From the NCBI GenBank assembly GCA_964016885.1, contig OZ024741.1, positions 260,090,001 through 260,154,000 of the forward strand: a stretch of DNA of 64,000 nucleotides, written 5' to 3'. Both the position numbers and the translations under genes were made by a program. Position 1 is the stretch's first letter. Every line of letters begins with the position of its first letter. This document shows, in pieces, positions 25,800 through 40,470 of the stretch. Under the pieces are notes generated by a model. It saw nothing but the letters and a program-made list of their open reading frames with translations, did not search any database and was not told the origin of the DNA. Source of the DNA: Eledone cirrhosa (Eukaryota).

Positions 25800-28700
25800 G
25801 TCGGAACACTCGTAAGTCAGAACACTCGTAAGTCAGAACACTCGTAAGTGGAAACACGCGTAAGTCGAAAGACCCGTAAGTCAAAAATCTCGTAAGTCAA
25901 AACACTCGTAAGCCGAAACACTCGTAAGTCGAAACACTCGTAAGTCGAAACATTCGTAAAGCGAAACGTATAAATAAAGATTAATGTAATGAACTTGAAA
26001 AGCATAGATATTTGAAACCGCGTCTATTTGTTATTTTCGTAAGTCGAAACACTCGTAAGTCAGAACACTCGTAAGTCAGAACACTCGTATCGAAACACGT
26101 ATGTCAAAACACCCGTAAGTCAAAACACTCGTAAGTCGAAACACTCTTAATCGAAACACTCGTAAGCCGAAACAATCGTAAGTCAAAACACTCGTAAGTC
26201 GAAACACTCGTAAGCCGAAAATATTCGTAAGTCGGAACACCCGTAAGCCGAAACCCTCGTAGGTCGGAACACTCGTAATCGAAACACTCGTAAGTCGAAA
26301 CACCCGTAAGTCGAAACACTCGTAAGTCGAAACACCCGTAAGTCGAAACATCCGTAAGTCAAAACACTCGTATGTCGAAACACTCGTAAGCCGAAACACT
26401 CGTAAGTCGGAACACTCGCAAGTCAGAACACTCGTAAGTCAGAACACTCGTAAGTCGAAACACTCGTAAGTCGAAACACCCGTAAGTCGAAACGCCCGTA
26501 AGTCAAAACACTCGTATGTCGAAACACTCGCAAGCCGAAAAACCGTAAGTCAAAACACTCGTAAGTCGAAACATTCGTAAATCGAAACACTCGTAAGCCG
26601 AAACACTCGTAAGCGAAAACATTCGTTAGTCGAAACACTCGTAACCCGAAACACTCGTAAGTCGAAACACTCGAAAGCCGAAACACTCGTAAGTCGAAAC
26701 ACTCATAAGCCGAAACACTCGTAAGTCGGAACACTCGTAAGTCAGAACACCCGTAAATCAGAACACTCGTAGTCAGAACACTCGTAAGTCGAAACACTCG
26801 TAAGCCGAAACACTCGCAAGTCGAAGCACTCGTAATCCGAAACACTCTTAAGTCGAAACACTCGTAAGTCGGAACACTCGTAAGTCAGAACACTCGTAAG
26901 TCAGAACACTCGTAAGTCGAAACACTCGTAAGCCGAAACATCCGTAAGTCAAAACATCCGTAAGTCAAAACATTCGTAAGTCGAAACACCCGTAGTCGAA
27001 ACACTCGCAAGTCGAAAAACTCGTAAGTCGAAACACGCGTAAGTCGAAACACATGTAAGTCAAAACACTCGTAAGTCAAAACACTCGTAAGCCGAAACAC
27101 TCGTAAGTCGAAACACTCGTAAGTCGAAACACTCGTAAAGCGAAACGTATAAATAAAGATTAATGTAATGAATTTGAAAAGCATAGAGATTTGAAACCGC
27201 GTCTATTTGTTATTTTCGTAAGTCGAAACACTCGTAAGCCGAAACACTCGTGAGCCGAAACACTCGTAAGTCGGAACACTCGTAAGTCAGAACACTCGTA
27301 AGTCAGAACACTCGTAAGTTAGAACACTCGTAAGTCAGAACACTCGTAAGTCAGAACACTCGTAAGTCCAAACACTCGTATCGAAAGACTCGTATGTCAA
27401 AACACCCGTAAGTCAAAACACTCGTAAGTCGAAACACTCGTAAGTCGAAACACTCGTAAGCCGAAACACTCGTAAGCCGAAACACTCGTAAGTCGGAACA
27501 CTCGTAAGTCGGAACACTCGTAAGTCAGAACACTCGTAAGTCAGAACACTCGTAAGTCAGAACACTCGTAAGTCAGAACACTCGTAAGTCGAAACACTCG
27601 TATCGAAACACTCGTATGTCAAAACACCCGTAAGTCAAAACACTCGTAAGTCGAAACACTCGTAAGTCGAACCACTCGTATGTCGAAACATCCGTAAATC
27701 AGAACACTCGTAAGTCGAAACACTCGTAAGTCGAAACACTCGTAAGCCGAAACACTCGTAAGTCGAAGCACTCGTATCGAAACACTCGTAAGTCGAAACA
27801 CCCTTAAGTCAAAACACTCGTAAGCCAAAACACTCGTAAGTCGAAACACTCGTAAGTCGGAACACTCGTAAGTCAGAACACTCGTAAGTCAGAACACTCG
27901 TAAGTGGAAACACGCGTAAGTCGAAAGACCCGTAAGTCAAAAATCTCGTAAGTCAAAACACTCGTAAGCCGAAACACTCGTAAGTCGAAACACTCGTAAG
28001 TCGAAACATTCGTAAAGCGAAACGTATAAATAAAGATTAATGTAATGAACTTGAAAAGCATAGATATTTGAAACCGCGTCTATTTGTTATTTTCGTAAGT
28101 CGAAACACTCGTAAGTCAGAACACTCGTAAGTCAGAACACTCGTATCGAAACACGTATGTCAAAACACCCGTAAGTCAAAACACTCGTAAGTCGAAACAC
28201 TCTTAATCGAAACACTCGTAAGCCGAAACAATCGTAAGTCAAAACACTCGTAAGTCGAAACACTCGTAAGCCGAAAATATTCGTAAGTCGGAACACCCGT
28301 AAGCCGAAACCCTCGTAGGTCGGAACACTCGTAATCGAAACACTCGTAAGTCGAAACACCCGTAAGTCGAAACACTCGTAAGTCGAAACACCCGTAAGTC
28401 GAAACATCCGTAAGTCAAAACACTCGTATGTCGAAACACTCGTAAGCCGAAACACTCGTAAGTCGGAACACTCGCAAGTCAGAACACTCGTAAGTCAGAA
28501 CACTCGTAAGTCGAAACACTCGTAAGTCGAAACACCCGTAAGTCGAAACGCCCGTAAGTCAAAACACTCGTATGTCGAAACACTCGCAAGCCGAAAAACC
28601 GTAAGTCAAAACACTCGTAAGTCGAAACATTCGTAAATCGAAACACTCGTAAGCCGAAACACTCGTAAGCGAAAACATTCGTTAGTCGAAACACTCGTAA

Positions 28701-31700
28701 CCCGAAACACTCGTAAGTCGAAACACTCGAAAGCCGAAACACTCGTAAGTCGAAACACTCATAAGCCGAAACACTCGTAAGTCGGAACACTCGTAAGTCA
28801 GAACACCCGTAAATCAGAACACTCGTAGTCAGAACACTCGTAAGTCGAAACACTCGTAAGCCGAAACACTCGCAAGTCGAAGCACTCGTAATCCGAAACA
28901 CTCTTAAGTCGAAACACTCGTAAGTCGGAACACTCGTAAGTCAGAACACTCGTAAGTCAGAACACTCGTAAGTCGAAACACTCGTAAGCCGAAACATCCG
29001 TAAGTCAAAACATCCGTAAGTCAAAACATTCGTAAGTCGAAACACCCGTAGTCGAAACACTCGCAAGTCGAAAAACTCGTAAGTCGAAACACGCGTAAGT
29101 CGAAACACATGTAAGTCAAAACACTCGTAAGTCAAAACACTCGTAAGCCGAAACACTCGTAAGTCGAAACACTCGTAAGTCGAAACACTCGTAAAGCGAA
29201 ACGTATAAATAAAGATTAATGTAATGAATTTGAAAAGCATAGAGATTTGAAACCGCGTCTATTTGTTATTTTCGTAAGTCGAAACACTCGTAAGCCGAAA
29301 CACTCGTGAGCCGAAACACTCGTAAGTCGGAACACTCGTAAGTCAGAACACTCGTAAGTCAGAACACTCGTAAGTTAGAACACTCGTAAGTCAGAACACT
29401 CGTAAGTCAGAACACTCGTAAGTCCAAACACTCGTATCGAAAGACTCGTATGTCAAAACACCCGTAAGTCAAAACACTCGTAAGTCGAAACACTCGTAAG
29501 TCGAAACACTCGTAAGCCGAAACACTCGTAAGCCGAAACACTCGTAAGTCGGAACACTCGTAAGTCGGAACACTCGTAAGTCAGAACACTCGTAAGTCAG
29601 AACACTCGTAAGTCAGAACACTCGTAAGTCAGAACACTCGTAAGTCGAAACACTCGTATCGAAACACTCGTATGTCAAAACACCCGTAAGTCAAAACACT
29701 CGTAAGTCGAAACACTCGTAAGTCGAACCACTCGTATGTCGAAACATCCGTAAATCAGAACACTCGTAAGTCGAAACACTCGTAAGTCGAAACACTCGTA
29801 AGCCGAAACACTCGTAAGTCGAAGCACTCGTATCGAAACACTCGTAAGTCGAAACACCCTTAAGTCAAAACACTCGTAAGCCAAAACACTCGTAAGTCGA
29901 ATCACTCGTAAGTCGGAACACTCGTAAGTCAGAACACTCGTAAGTCAGAACACTCGTAAGTGGAAACACGCGTAAGTCGAAAGACCCGTAAGTCAAAAAT
30001 CTCGTAAGTCAAAACACTCGTAAGCCGAAACACTCGTAAGTCGAAACACTCGTAAGTCGAAACATTCGTAAAGCGAAACGTATAAATAAAGATTAATGTA
30101 ATGAACTTGAAAAGCATAGATATTTGAAACCGCGTCTATTTGTTATTTTCGTAAGTCGAAACACTCGTAAGTCAGAACACTCGTAAGTCAGAACACTCTT
30201 AAGTCAGAACACTCGTATCGAAACACGTATGTCAAAACACCCGTAAGTCAAAACACTCGTAAGTCGAAACACTCGTAAGTCGAAACACTCGTAAGCCGAA
30301 ACAATCGTAAGTCAAAACACTCGTAAGTCGAAACACTCGTAAGCCGAAAATACTCGTAAGTCGGAACACCCGTAAGCCGAAACCCTCGTAGGTCGGAACA
30401 CTCGTAAGTCGAAACACTCGTAAGTCGAAACACCCGTAAGTCGAAACACTCGTAAGTCGAAACACCCGTAAGTCGAAACATCCGTAAGTCAAAACACTCG
30501 TATGTCGAAACACTCGTAAGCCGAAACACTCGTAAGTCGGAACACTCGCAAGTCAGAACACTCGTAAGTCAGAACACTCGTAAGTCGAAACACTCGTAAG
30601 TCGAAACACCCGTAAGTCGAAACGCCCGTAAGTCAAAACACTCGTATGTCGAAACACTCGCAAGCCGAAAAACCGTAAGTCAAAACACTCGTAAGTCGAA
30701 ACACTCGTAAATCGAAACACTCGTAAGCCGAAACACTCGTAAGCGAAAACATTCGTTAGTCGAAACACTCGTAACCCGAAACACTCGTAAGTCGAAACAC
30801 TCGAAAGCCGAAACACTCGTAAGGCGAAACACTCATAAGCCGAAACACTCGTAAGTCGGAACACTCGTAAGTCAGAACACCCGTAAATCAGAACACTCGT
30901 AGTCAGAACACTCGTAAGTCGAAACACTCGTAAGCCGAAACACTCGCAAGTCGAAGCACTCGTAATCCGAAACACTCTTAAGTCGAAACACTCGTAAGTC
31001 GGAACACTCGTAAGTCAGAACACTCGTAAGTCAGAACACTCGTAAGTCGAAACACTCGTAAGCCGAAACATCCGTAAGTCAAAACATACGTAAGTCAAAA
31101 CATTCGTAAGTCGAAACACCCGTAGTCGAAACACTCGCAAGTCGAAACACTCGTAAGTCGAAACACGCGTAAGTCGAAACACATGTAAGTCAAAACACTC
31201 GTAAGTTAAAACACTCGTAAGCCGAAACACTCGTAAGTCGAAACACTCGTAAGTCGAAACACTCGTAAAGCGAAACGTATAAATAAATATTAATGTAATG
31301 AATTTGAAAAGCATAGAGATTTGAAACCGCGTCTATTTGTTATTTTCGTAAGTCGAAACACTCGTAAGCCGAAACACTCGTGAGCCGAAACACTCGTAAG
31401 TCGGAACACTCGTAAGTCAGAACACTCGTAAGTCAGAACACTCGTAAGTTAGAACACTCGTAAGTCAGAACACTCGTAAGTCAGAACACTCGTAAGTCGA
31501 AACACTCGTATCGAAACAATCGTATGTCAAAACACCCGTAAGTCAAAACACTCGTAAGTCGAAACACTCGTAAGTCGAAACACTCGTAAGCCGAAACACT
31601 CGTAAGCCGAAACACTCGTAAGTCGGAACACTCGTAAGTCGGAACACTCGTAAGTCAGAACACTCGTAAGTCAGAACACTCGTAAGTCAGAACACTCGTA

Positions 31701-34700
31701 AGTCAGAACACTCGTAAGTCGAAACACTCGTATCGAAACACTCGTATGTCAAAACACCCGTAAGTCAAAACACTCGTAAGTCGAAACACTCGTAAGTCGA
31801 AACACTCGTATGTCGAAACATCCGTAAATCAGAACACTCGTAAGTCGAAACACTCGTAAGTCGAAACACTCGTAAGCCGAAACACTCGTAAGTCGAAGCA
31901 CTCGTATCGAAACACTCGTAAGTCGAAACACCCTTAAGTCAAAACACTCGTAAGCCAAAACACTCGTAAGTCGAAACACTGGTAAGTCGGAACACTCGTA
32001 AGTCAGAACACTCGTAAGTCAGAACACTCGTAAGTGGAAACACGCGTAAGTCGAAAGACCCGTAAGTCAAAAATCTCGTAAGTCAAAACACTCGTAAGCC
32101 GAAACACTCGTAAGTCGAAACACTCGTAAGTCGAAACATTCGTAAAGCGAAACGTATAAATAAAGATTAATGTAATGAACTTGAAAAGCATAGATATTTG
32201 AAACCGCGTCTATTTGTTATTTTCGTAAGTCGAAACACTCGTAAGTCAGAACACTCGTAAGTCAGAACACTCGTATCGAAACACGTATGTCAAAACACCC
32301 GTAAGTCAAAACACTCGTAAGTCGAAACACTCGTAAGTCGAAACACTCGTAAGCCGAAACAATCGTAAGTCAAAACACTCGTAAGTCGAAACACTCGTAA
32401 GCCGAAAATATTCGTAAGTCGGAACACCCGTAAGCCGAAACCCTCGTAGGTCGGAACACTCGTAAGTCGAAACACTCGTAAGTCGAAACACCCGTAAGTC
32501 GAAACACTCGTAAGTCGAAACACCCGTAAGTCGAAACATCCGTAAGTCAAAACACTCGTATGTCGAAACACTCGTAAGCCGAAACACTCGTAAGTCGGAA
32601 CACTCGCAAGTCAGAACACTCGTAAGTCAGAACACTCGTAAGTCGAAACACTCGTAAGTCGAAACACCCGTAAGTCGAAACGCCCGTAAGTCAAAACACT
32701 CGTATGTCGAAACACTCGCAAGCCGAAAAACCGTAAGTCAAAACACTCGTAAGTCGAAACATTCGTAAATCGAAACACTCGTAAGCCGAAACACTCGTAA
32801 GCGAAAACATTCGTTAGTCGAAACACTCGTAACCCGAAACACTCGTAAGTCGAAACACTCGAAAGCCGAAACACTCGTAAGTCGAAACACTCATAAGCCG
32901 AAACACTCGTAAGTCGGAACACTCGTAAGTCAGAACACCCGTAAATCAGAACACTCGTAGTCAGAACACTCGTAAGTCGAAACACTCGTAAGCCGAAACA
33001 CTCGCAAGTCGAAGCACTCGTAATCCGAAACACTCTTAAGTCGAAACACTCGTAAGTCGGAACACTCGTAAGTCAGAACACTCGTAAGTCAGAACACTCG
33101 TAAGTCGAAACACTCGTAAGCCGAAACATCCGTAAGTCAAAACATCCGTAAGTCAAAACATTCGTAAGTCGAAACACCCGTAGTCGAAACACTCGCAAGT
33201 CGAAAAACTCGTAAGTCGAAACACGCGTAAGTCGAAACACATGTAAGTCAAAACACTCGTAAGTCAAAACACTCGTAAGCCGAAACACTCGTAAGTCGAA
33301 ACACTCGTAAGTCGAAACACTCGTAAAGCGAAACGTATAAATAAAGATTAATGTAATGAATTTGAAAAGCATAGAGATTTGAAACCGCGTCTATTTGTTA
33401 TTTTCGTAAGTCGAAACACTCGTAAGCCGAAACACTCGTGAGCCGAAACACTCGTAAGTCGGAACACTCGTAAGTCAGAACACTCGTAAGTCAGAACACT
33501 CGTAAGTTAGAACACTCGTAAGTCAGAACACTCGTAAGTCAGAACACTCGTAAGTCCAAACACTCGTATCGAAAGACTCGTATGTCAAAACACCCGTAAG
33601 TCAAAACACTCGTAAGTCGAAACACTCGTAAGTCGAAACACTCGTAAGCCGAAACACTCGTAAGCCGAAACACTCGTAAGTCGGAACACTCGTAAGTCGG
33701 AACACTCGTAAGTCAGAACACTCGTAAGTCAGAACACTCGTAAGTCAGAACACTCGTAAGTCAGAACACTCGTAAGTCGAAACACTCGTATCGAAACACT
33801 CGTATGTCAAAACACCCGTAAGTCAAAACACTCGTAAGTCGAAACACTCGTAAGTCGAACCACTCGTATGTCGAAACATCCGTAAATCAGAACACTCGTA
33901 AGTCGAAACACTCGTAAGTCGAAACACTCGTAAGCCGAAACACTCGTAAGTCGAAGCACTCGTATCGAAACACTCGTAAGTCGAAACACCCTTAAGTCAA
34001 AACACTCGTAAGCCAAAACACTCGTAAGTCGAAACACTCGTAAGTCGGAACACTCGTAAGTCAGAACACTCGTAAGTCAGAACACTCGTAAGTGGAAACA
34101 CGCGTAAGTCGAAAGACCCGTAAGTCAAAAATCTCGTAAGTCAAAACACTCGTAAGCCGAAACACTCGTAAGTCGAAACACTCGTAAGTCGAAACATTCG
34201 TAAAGCGAAACGTATAAATAAAGATTAATGTAATGAACTTGAAAAGCATAGATATTTGAAACCGCGTCTATTTGTTATTTTCGTAAGTCGAAACACTCGT
34301 AAGTCAGAACACTCGTAAGTCAGAACACTCGTATCGAAACACGTATGTCAAAACACCCGTAAGTCAAAACACTCGTAAGTCGAAACACTCTTAATCGAAA
34401 CACTCGTAAGCCGAAACAATCGTAAGTCAAAACACTCGTAAGTCGAAACACTCGTAAGCCGAAAATATTCGTAAGTCGGAACACCCGTAAGCCGAAACCC
34501 TCGTAGGTCGGAACACTCGTAATCGAAACACTCGTAAGTCGAAACACCCGTAAGTCGAAACACTCGTAAGTCGAAACACCCGTAAGTCGAAACATCCGTA
34601 AGTCAAAACACTCGTATGTCGAAACACTCGTAAGCCGAAACACTCGTAAGTCGGAACACTCGCAAGTCAGAACACTCGTAAGTCAGAACACTCGTAAGTC

Positions 34701-37700
34701 GAAACACTCGTAAGTCGAAACACCCGTAAGTCGAAACGCCCGTAAGTCAAAACACTCGTATGTCGAAACACTCGCAAGCCGAAAAACCGTAAGTCAAAAC
34801 ACTCGTAAGTCGAAACATTCGTAAATCGAAACACTCGTAAGCCGAAACACTCGTAAGCGAAAACATTCGTTAGTCGAAACACTCGTAACCCGAAACACTC
34901 GTAAGTCGAAACACTCGAAAGCCGAAACACTCGTAAGTCGAAACACTCATAAGCCGAAACACTCGTAAGTCGGAACACTCGTAAGTCAGAACACCCGTAA
35001 ATCAGAACACTCGTAGTCAGAACACTCGTAAGTCGAAACACTCGTAAGCCGAAACACTCGCAAGTCGAAGCACTCGTAATCCGAAACACTCTTAAGTCGA
35101 AACACTCGTAAGTCGGAACACTCGTAAGTCAGAACACTCGTAAGTCAGAACACTCGTAAGTCGAAACACTCGTAAGCCGAAACATCCGTAAGTCAAAACA
35201 TCCGTAAGTCAAAACATTCGTAAGTCGAAACACCCGTAGTCGAAACACTCGCAAGTCGAAAAACTCGTAAGTCGAAACACGCGTAAGTCGAAACACATGT
35301 AAGTCAAAACACTCGTAAGTCAAAACACTCGTAAGCCGAAACACTCGTAAGTCGAAACACTCGTAAGTCGAAACACTCGTAAAGCGAAACGTATAAATAA
35401 AGATTAATGTAATGAATTTGAAAAGCATAGAGATTTGAAACCGCGTCTATTTGTTATTTTCGTAAGTCGAAACACTCGTAAGCCGAAACACTCGTGAGCC
35501 GAAACACTCGTAAGTCGGAACACTCGTAAGTCAGAACACTCGTAAGTCAGAACACTCGTAAGTTAGAACACTCGTAAGTCAGAACACTCGTAAGTCAGAA
35601 CACTCGTAAGTCCAAACACTCGTATCGAAAGACTCGTATGTCAAAACACCCGTAAGTCAAAACACTCGTAAGTCGAAACACTCGTAAGTCGAAACACTCG
35701 TAAGCCGAAACACTCGTAAGCCGAAACACTCGTAAGTCGGAACACTCGTAAGTCGGAACACTCGTAAGTCAGAACACTCGTAAGTCAGAACACTCGTAAG
35801 TCAGAACACTCGTAAGTCAGAACACTCGTAAGTCGAAACACTCGTATCGAAACACTCGTATGTCAAAACACCCGTAAGTCAAAACACTCGTAAGTCGAAA
35901 CACTCGTAAGTCGAACCACTCGTATGTCGAAACATCCGTAAATCAGAACACTCGTAAGTCGAAACACTCGTAAGTCGAAACACTCGTAAGCCGAAACACT
36001 CGTAAGTCGAAGCACTCGTATCGAAACACTCGTAAGTCGAAACACCCTTAAGTCAAAACACTCGTAAGCCAAAACACTCGTAAGTCGAAACACTCGTAAG
36101 TCGGAACACTCGTAAGTCAGAACACTCGTAAGTCAGAACACTCGTAAGTGGAAACACGCGTAAGTCGAAAGACCCGTAAGTCAAAAATCTCGTAAGTCAA
36201 AACACTCGTAAGCCGAAACACTCGTAAGTCGAAACACTCGTAAGTCGAAACATTCGTAAAGCGAAACGTATAAATAAAGATTAATGTAATGAACTTGAAA
36301 AGCATAGATATTTGAAACCGCGTCTATTTGTTATTTTCGTAAGTCGAAACACTCGTAAGTCAGAACACTCGTAAGTCAGAACACTCTTAAGTCAGAACAC
36401 TCGTATCGAAACACGTATGTCAAAACACCCGTAAGTCAAAACACTCGTAAGTCGAAACACTCGTAAGTCGAAACACTCGTAAGCCGAAACAATCGTAAGT
36501 CAAAACACTCGTAAGTCGAAACACTCGTAAGCCGAAAATACTCGTAAGTCGGAACACCCGTAAGCCGAAACCCTCGTAGGTCGGAACACTCGTAAGTCGA
36601 AACACTCGTAAGTCGAAACACCCGTAAGTCGAAACACTCGTAAGTCGAAACACCCGTAAGTCGAAACATCCGTAAGTCAAAACACTCGTATGTCGAAACA
36701 CTCGTAAGCCGAAACACTCGTAAGTCGGAACACTCGCAAGTCAGAACACTCGTAAGTCAGAACACTCGTAAGTCGAAACACTCGTAAGTCGAAACACCCG
36801 TAAGTCGAAACGCCCGTAAGTCAAAACACTCGTATGTCGAAACACTCGCAAGCCGAAAAACCGTAAGTCAAAACACTCGTAAGTCGAAACACTCGTAAAT
36901 CGAAACACTCGTAAGCCGAAACACTCGTAAGCGAAAACATTCGTTAGTCGAAACACTCGTAACCCGAAACACTCGTAAGTCGAAACACTCGAAAGCCGAA
37001 ACACTCGTAAGGCGAAACACTCATAAGCCGAAACACTCGTAAGTCGGAACACTCGTAAGTCAGAACACCCGTAAATCAGAACACTCGTAGTCAGAACACT
37101 CGTAAGTCGAAACACTCGTAAGCCGAAACACTCGCAAGTCGAAGCACTCGTAATCCGAAACACTCTTAAGTCGAAACACTCGTAAGTCGGAACACTCGTA
37201 AGTCAGAACACTCGTAAGTCAGAACACTCGTAAGTCGAAACACTCGTAAGCCGAAACATCCGTAAGTCAAAACATACGTAAGTCAAAACATTCGTAAGTC
37301 GAAACACCCGTAGTCGAAACACTCGCAAGTCGAAACACTCGTAAGTCGAAACACGCGTAAGTCGAAACACATGTAAGTCAAAACACTCGTAAGTTAAAAC
37401 ACTCGTAAGCCGAAACACTCGTAAGTCGAAACACTCGTAAGTCGAAACACTCGTAAAGCGAAACGTATAAATAAATATTAATGTAATGAATTTGAAAAGC
37501 ATAGAGATTTGAAACCGCGTCTATTTGTTATTTTCGTAAGTCGAAACACTCGTAAGCCGAAACACTCGTGAGCCGAAACACTCGTAAGTCGGAACACTCG
37601 TAAGTCAGAACACTCGTAAGTCAGAACACTCGTAAGTTAGAACACTCGTAAGTCAGAACACTCGTAAGTCAGAACACTCGTAAGTCGAAACACTCGTATC

Positions 37701-40470
37701 GAAACAATCGTATGTCAAAACACCCGTAAGTCAAAACACTCGTAAGTCGAAACACTCGTAAGTCGAAACACTCGTAAGCCGAAACACTCGTAAGCCGAAA
37801 CACTCGTAAGTCGGAACACTCGTAAGTCGGAACACTCGTAAGTCAGAACACTCGTAAGTCAGAACACTCGTAAGTCAGAACACTCGTAAGTCAGAACACT
37901 CGTAAGTCGAAACACTCGTATCGAAACACTCGTATGTCAAAACACCCGTAAGTCAAAACACTCGTAAGTCGAAACACTCGTAAGTCGAAACACTCGTATG
38001 TCGAAACATCCGTAAATCAGAACACTCGTAAGTCGAAACACTCGTAAGTCGAAACACTCGTAAGCCGAAACACTCGTAAGTCGAAGCACTCGTATCGAAA
38101 CACTCGTAAGTCGAAACACCCTTAAGTCAAAACACTCGTAAGCCAAAACACTCGTAAGTCGAAACACTGGTAAGTCGGAACACTCGTAAGTCAGAACACT
38201 CGTAAGTCAGAACACTCGTAAGTGGAAACACGCGTAAGTCGAAAGACCCGTAAGTCAAAAATCTCGTAAGTCAAAACACTCGTAAGCCGAAACACTCGTA
38301 AGTCGAAACACTCGTAAGTCGAAACATTCGTAAAGCGAAACGTATAAATAAAGATTAATGTAATGAACTTGAAAAGCATAGATATTTGAAACCGCGTCTA
38401 TTTGTTATTTTCGTAAGTCGAAACACTCGTAAGTCAGAACACTCGTAAGTCAGAACACTCGTATCGAAACACGTATGTCAAAACACCCGTAAGTCAAAAC
38501 ACTCGTAAGTCGAAACACTCGTAAGTCGAAACACTCGTAAGCCGAAACAATCGTAAGTCAAAACACTCGTAAGTCGAAACACTCGTAAGCCGAAAATATT
38601 CGTAAGTCGGAACACCCGTAAGCCGAAACCCTCGTAGGTCGGAACACTCGTAAGTCGAAACACTCGTAAGTCGAAACACCCGTAAGTCGAAACACTCGTA
38701 AGTCGAAACACCCGTAAGTCGAAACATCCGTAAGTCAAAACACTCGTATGTCGAAACACTCGTAAGCCGAAACACTCGTAAGTCGGAACACTCGCAAGTC
38801 AGAACACTCGTAAGTCAGAACACTCGTAAGTCGAAACACTCGTAAGTCGAAACACCCGTAAGTCGAAACGCCCGTAAGTCAAAACACTCGTATGTCGAAA
38901 CACTCGCAAGCCGAAAAACCGTAAGTCAAAACACTCGTAAGTCGAAACATTCGTAAATCGAAACACTCGTAAGCCGAAACACTCGTAAGCGAAAACATTC
39001 GTTAGTCGAAACACTCGTAACCCGAAACACTCGTAAGTCGAAACACTCGAAAGCCGAAACACTCGTAAGTCGAAACACTCATAAGCCGAAACACTCGTAA
39101 GTCGGAACACTCGTAAGTCAGAACACCCGTAAATCAGAACACTCGTAGTCAGAACACTCGTAAGTCGAAACACTCGTAAGCCGAAACACTCGCAAGTCGA
39201 AGCACTCGTAATCCGAAACACTCTTAAGTCGAAACACTCGTAAGTCGGAACACTCGTAAGTCAGAACACTCGTAAGTCAGAACACTCGTAAGTCGAAACA
39301 CTCGTAAGCCGAAACATCCGTAAGTCAAAACATCCGTAAGTCAAAACATTCGTAAGTCGAAACACCCGTAGTCGAAACACTCGCAAGTCGAAAAACTCGT
39401 AAGTCGAAACACGCGTAAGTCGAAACACATGTAAGTCAAAACACTCGTAAGTCAAAACACTCGTAAGCCGAAACACTCGTAAGTCGAAACACTCGTAAGT
39501 CGAAACACTCGTAAAGCGAAACGTATAAATAAAGATTAATGTAATGAATTTGAAAAGCATAGAGATTTGAAACCGCGTCTATTTGTTATTTTCGTAAGTC
39601 GAAACACTCGTAAGCCGAAACACTCGTGAGCCGAAACACTCGTAAGTCGGAACACTCGTAAGTCAGAACACTCGTAAGTCAGAACACTCGTAAGTTAGAA
39701 CACTCGTAAGTCAGAACACTCGTAAGTCCAAACACTCGTATCGAAAGACTCGTATGTCAAAACACCCGTAAGTCAAAACACTCGTAAGTCGAAACACTCG
39801 TAAGTCGAAACACTCGTAAGCCGAAACACTCGTAAGCCGAAACACTCGTAAGTCGGAACACTCGTAAGTCGGAACACTCGTAAGTCAGAACACTCGTAAG
39901 TCAGAACACTCGTAAGTCAGAACACTCGTAAGTCAGAACACTCGTAAGTCGAAACACTCGTATCGAAACACTCGTATGTCAAAACACCCGTAAGTCAAAA
40001 CACTCGTAAGTCGAAACACTCGTAAGTCGAACCACTCGTATGTCGAAACATCCGTAAATCAGAACACTCGTAAGTCGAAACACTCGTAAGTCGAAACACT
40101 CGTAAGCCGAAACACTCGTAAGTCGAAGCACTCGTATCGAAACACTCGTAAGTCGAAACACCCTTAAGTCAAAACACTCGTAAGCCAAAACACTCGTAAG
40201 TCGAAACACTCGTAAGTCGGAACACTCGTAAGTCAAAACACTCGTAAGTCAGAACACTCGTAAGTGGAAACACGCGTAAGTCGAAAGACCCGTAAGTCAA
40301 AAATCTCGTAAGTCAAAACACTCGTAAGCCGAAACACTCGTAAGTCGAAACACTCGTAAGTCGAAAAAATCGTAAGTCGAAACATTCGTAAAGCGAAACG
40401 TATAAATAAAGATTAATGTAATGAACTTGAAAAGCATAGATATTTGAAACCGCGTCTATTTGTTATTTTC
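25800..40470. repeat. Homogeneous HOR core: seven consecutive ~2.06-kb A+B units with a 6,188-bp super-period
   Basis: A-to-A spacings are 2056, 2056, 2074, 2058, 2056, 2074, 2058, and 2056+2074+2058 = 6188. Rare variants recur at +6188: AAAACATACG ~31085/37273, CACTGGTAAG 31981/38169, AAGGCG ~30821/37009. Confidence 0.95.
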
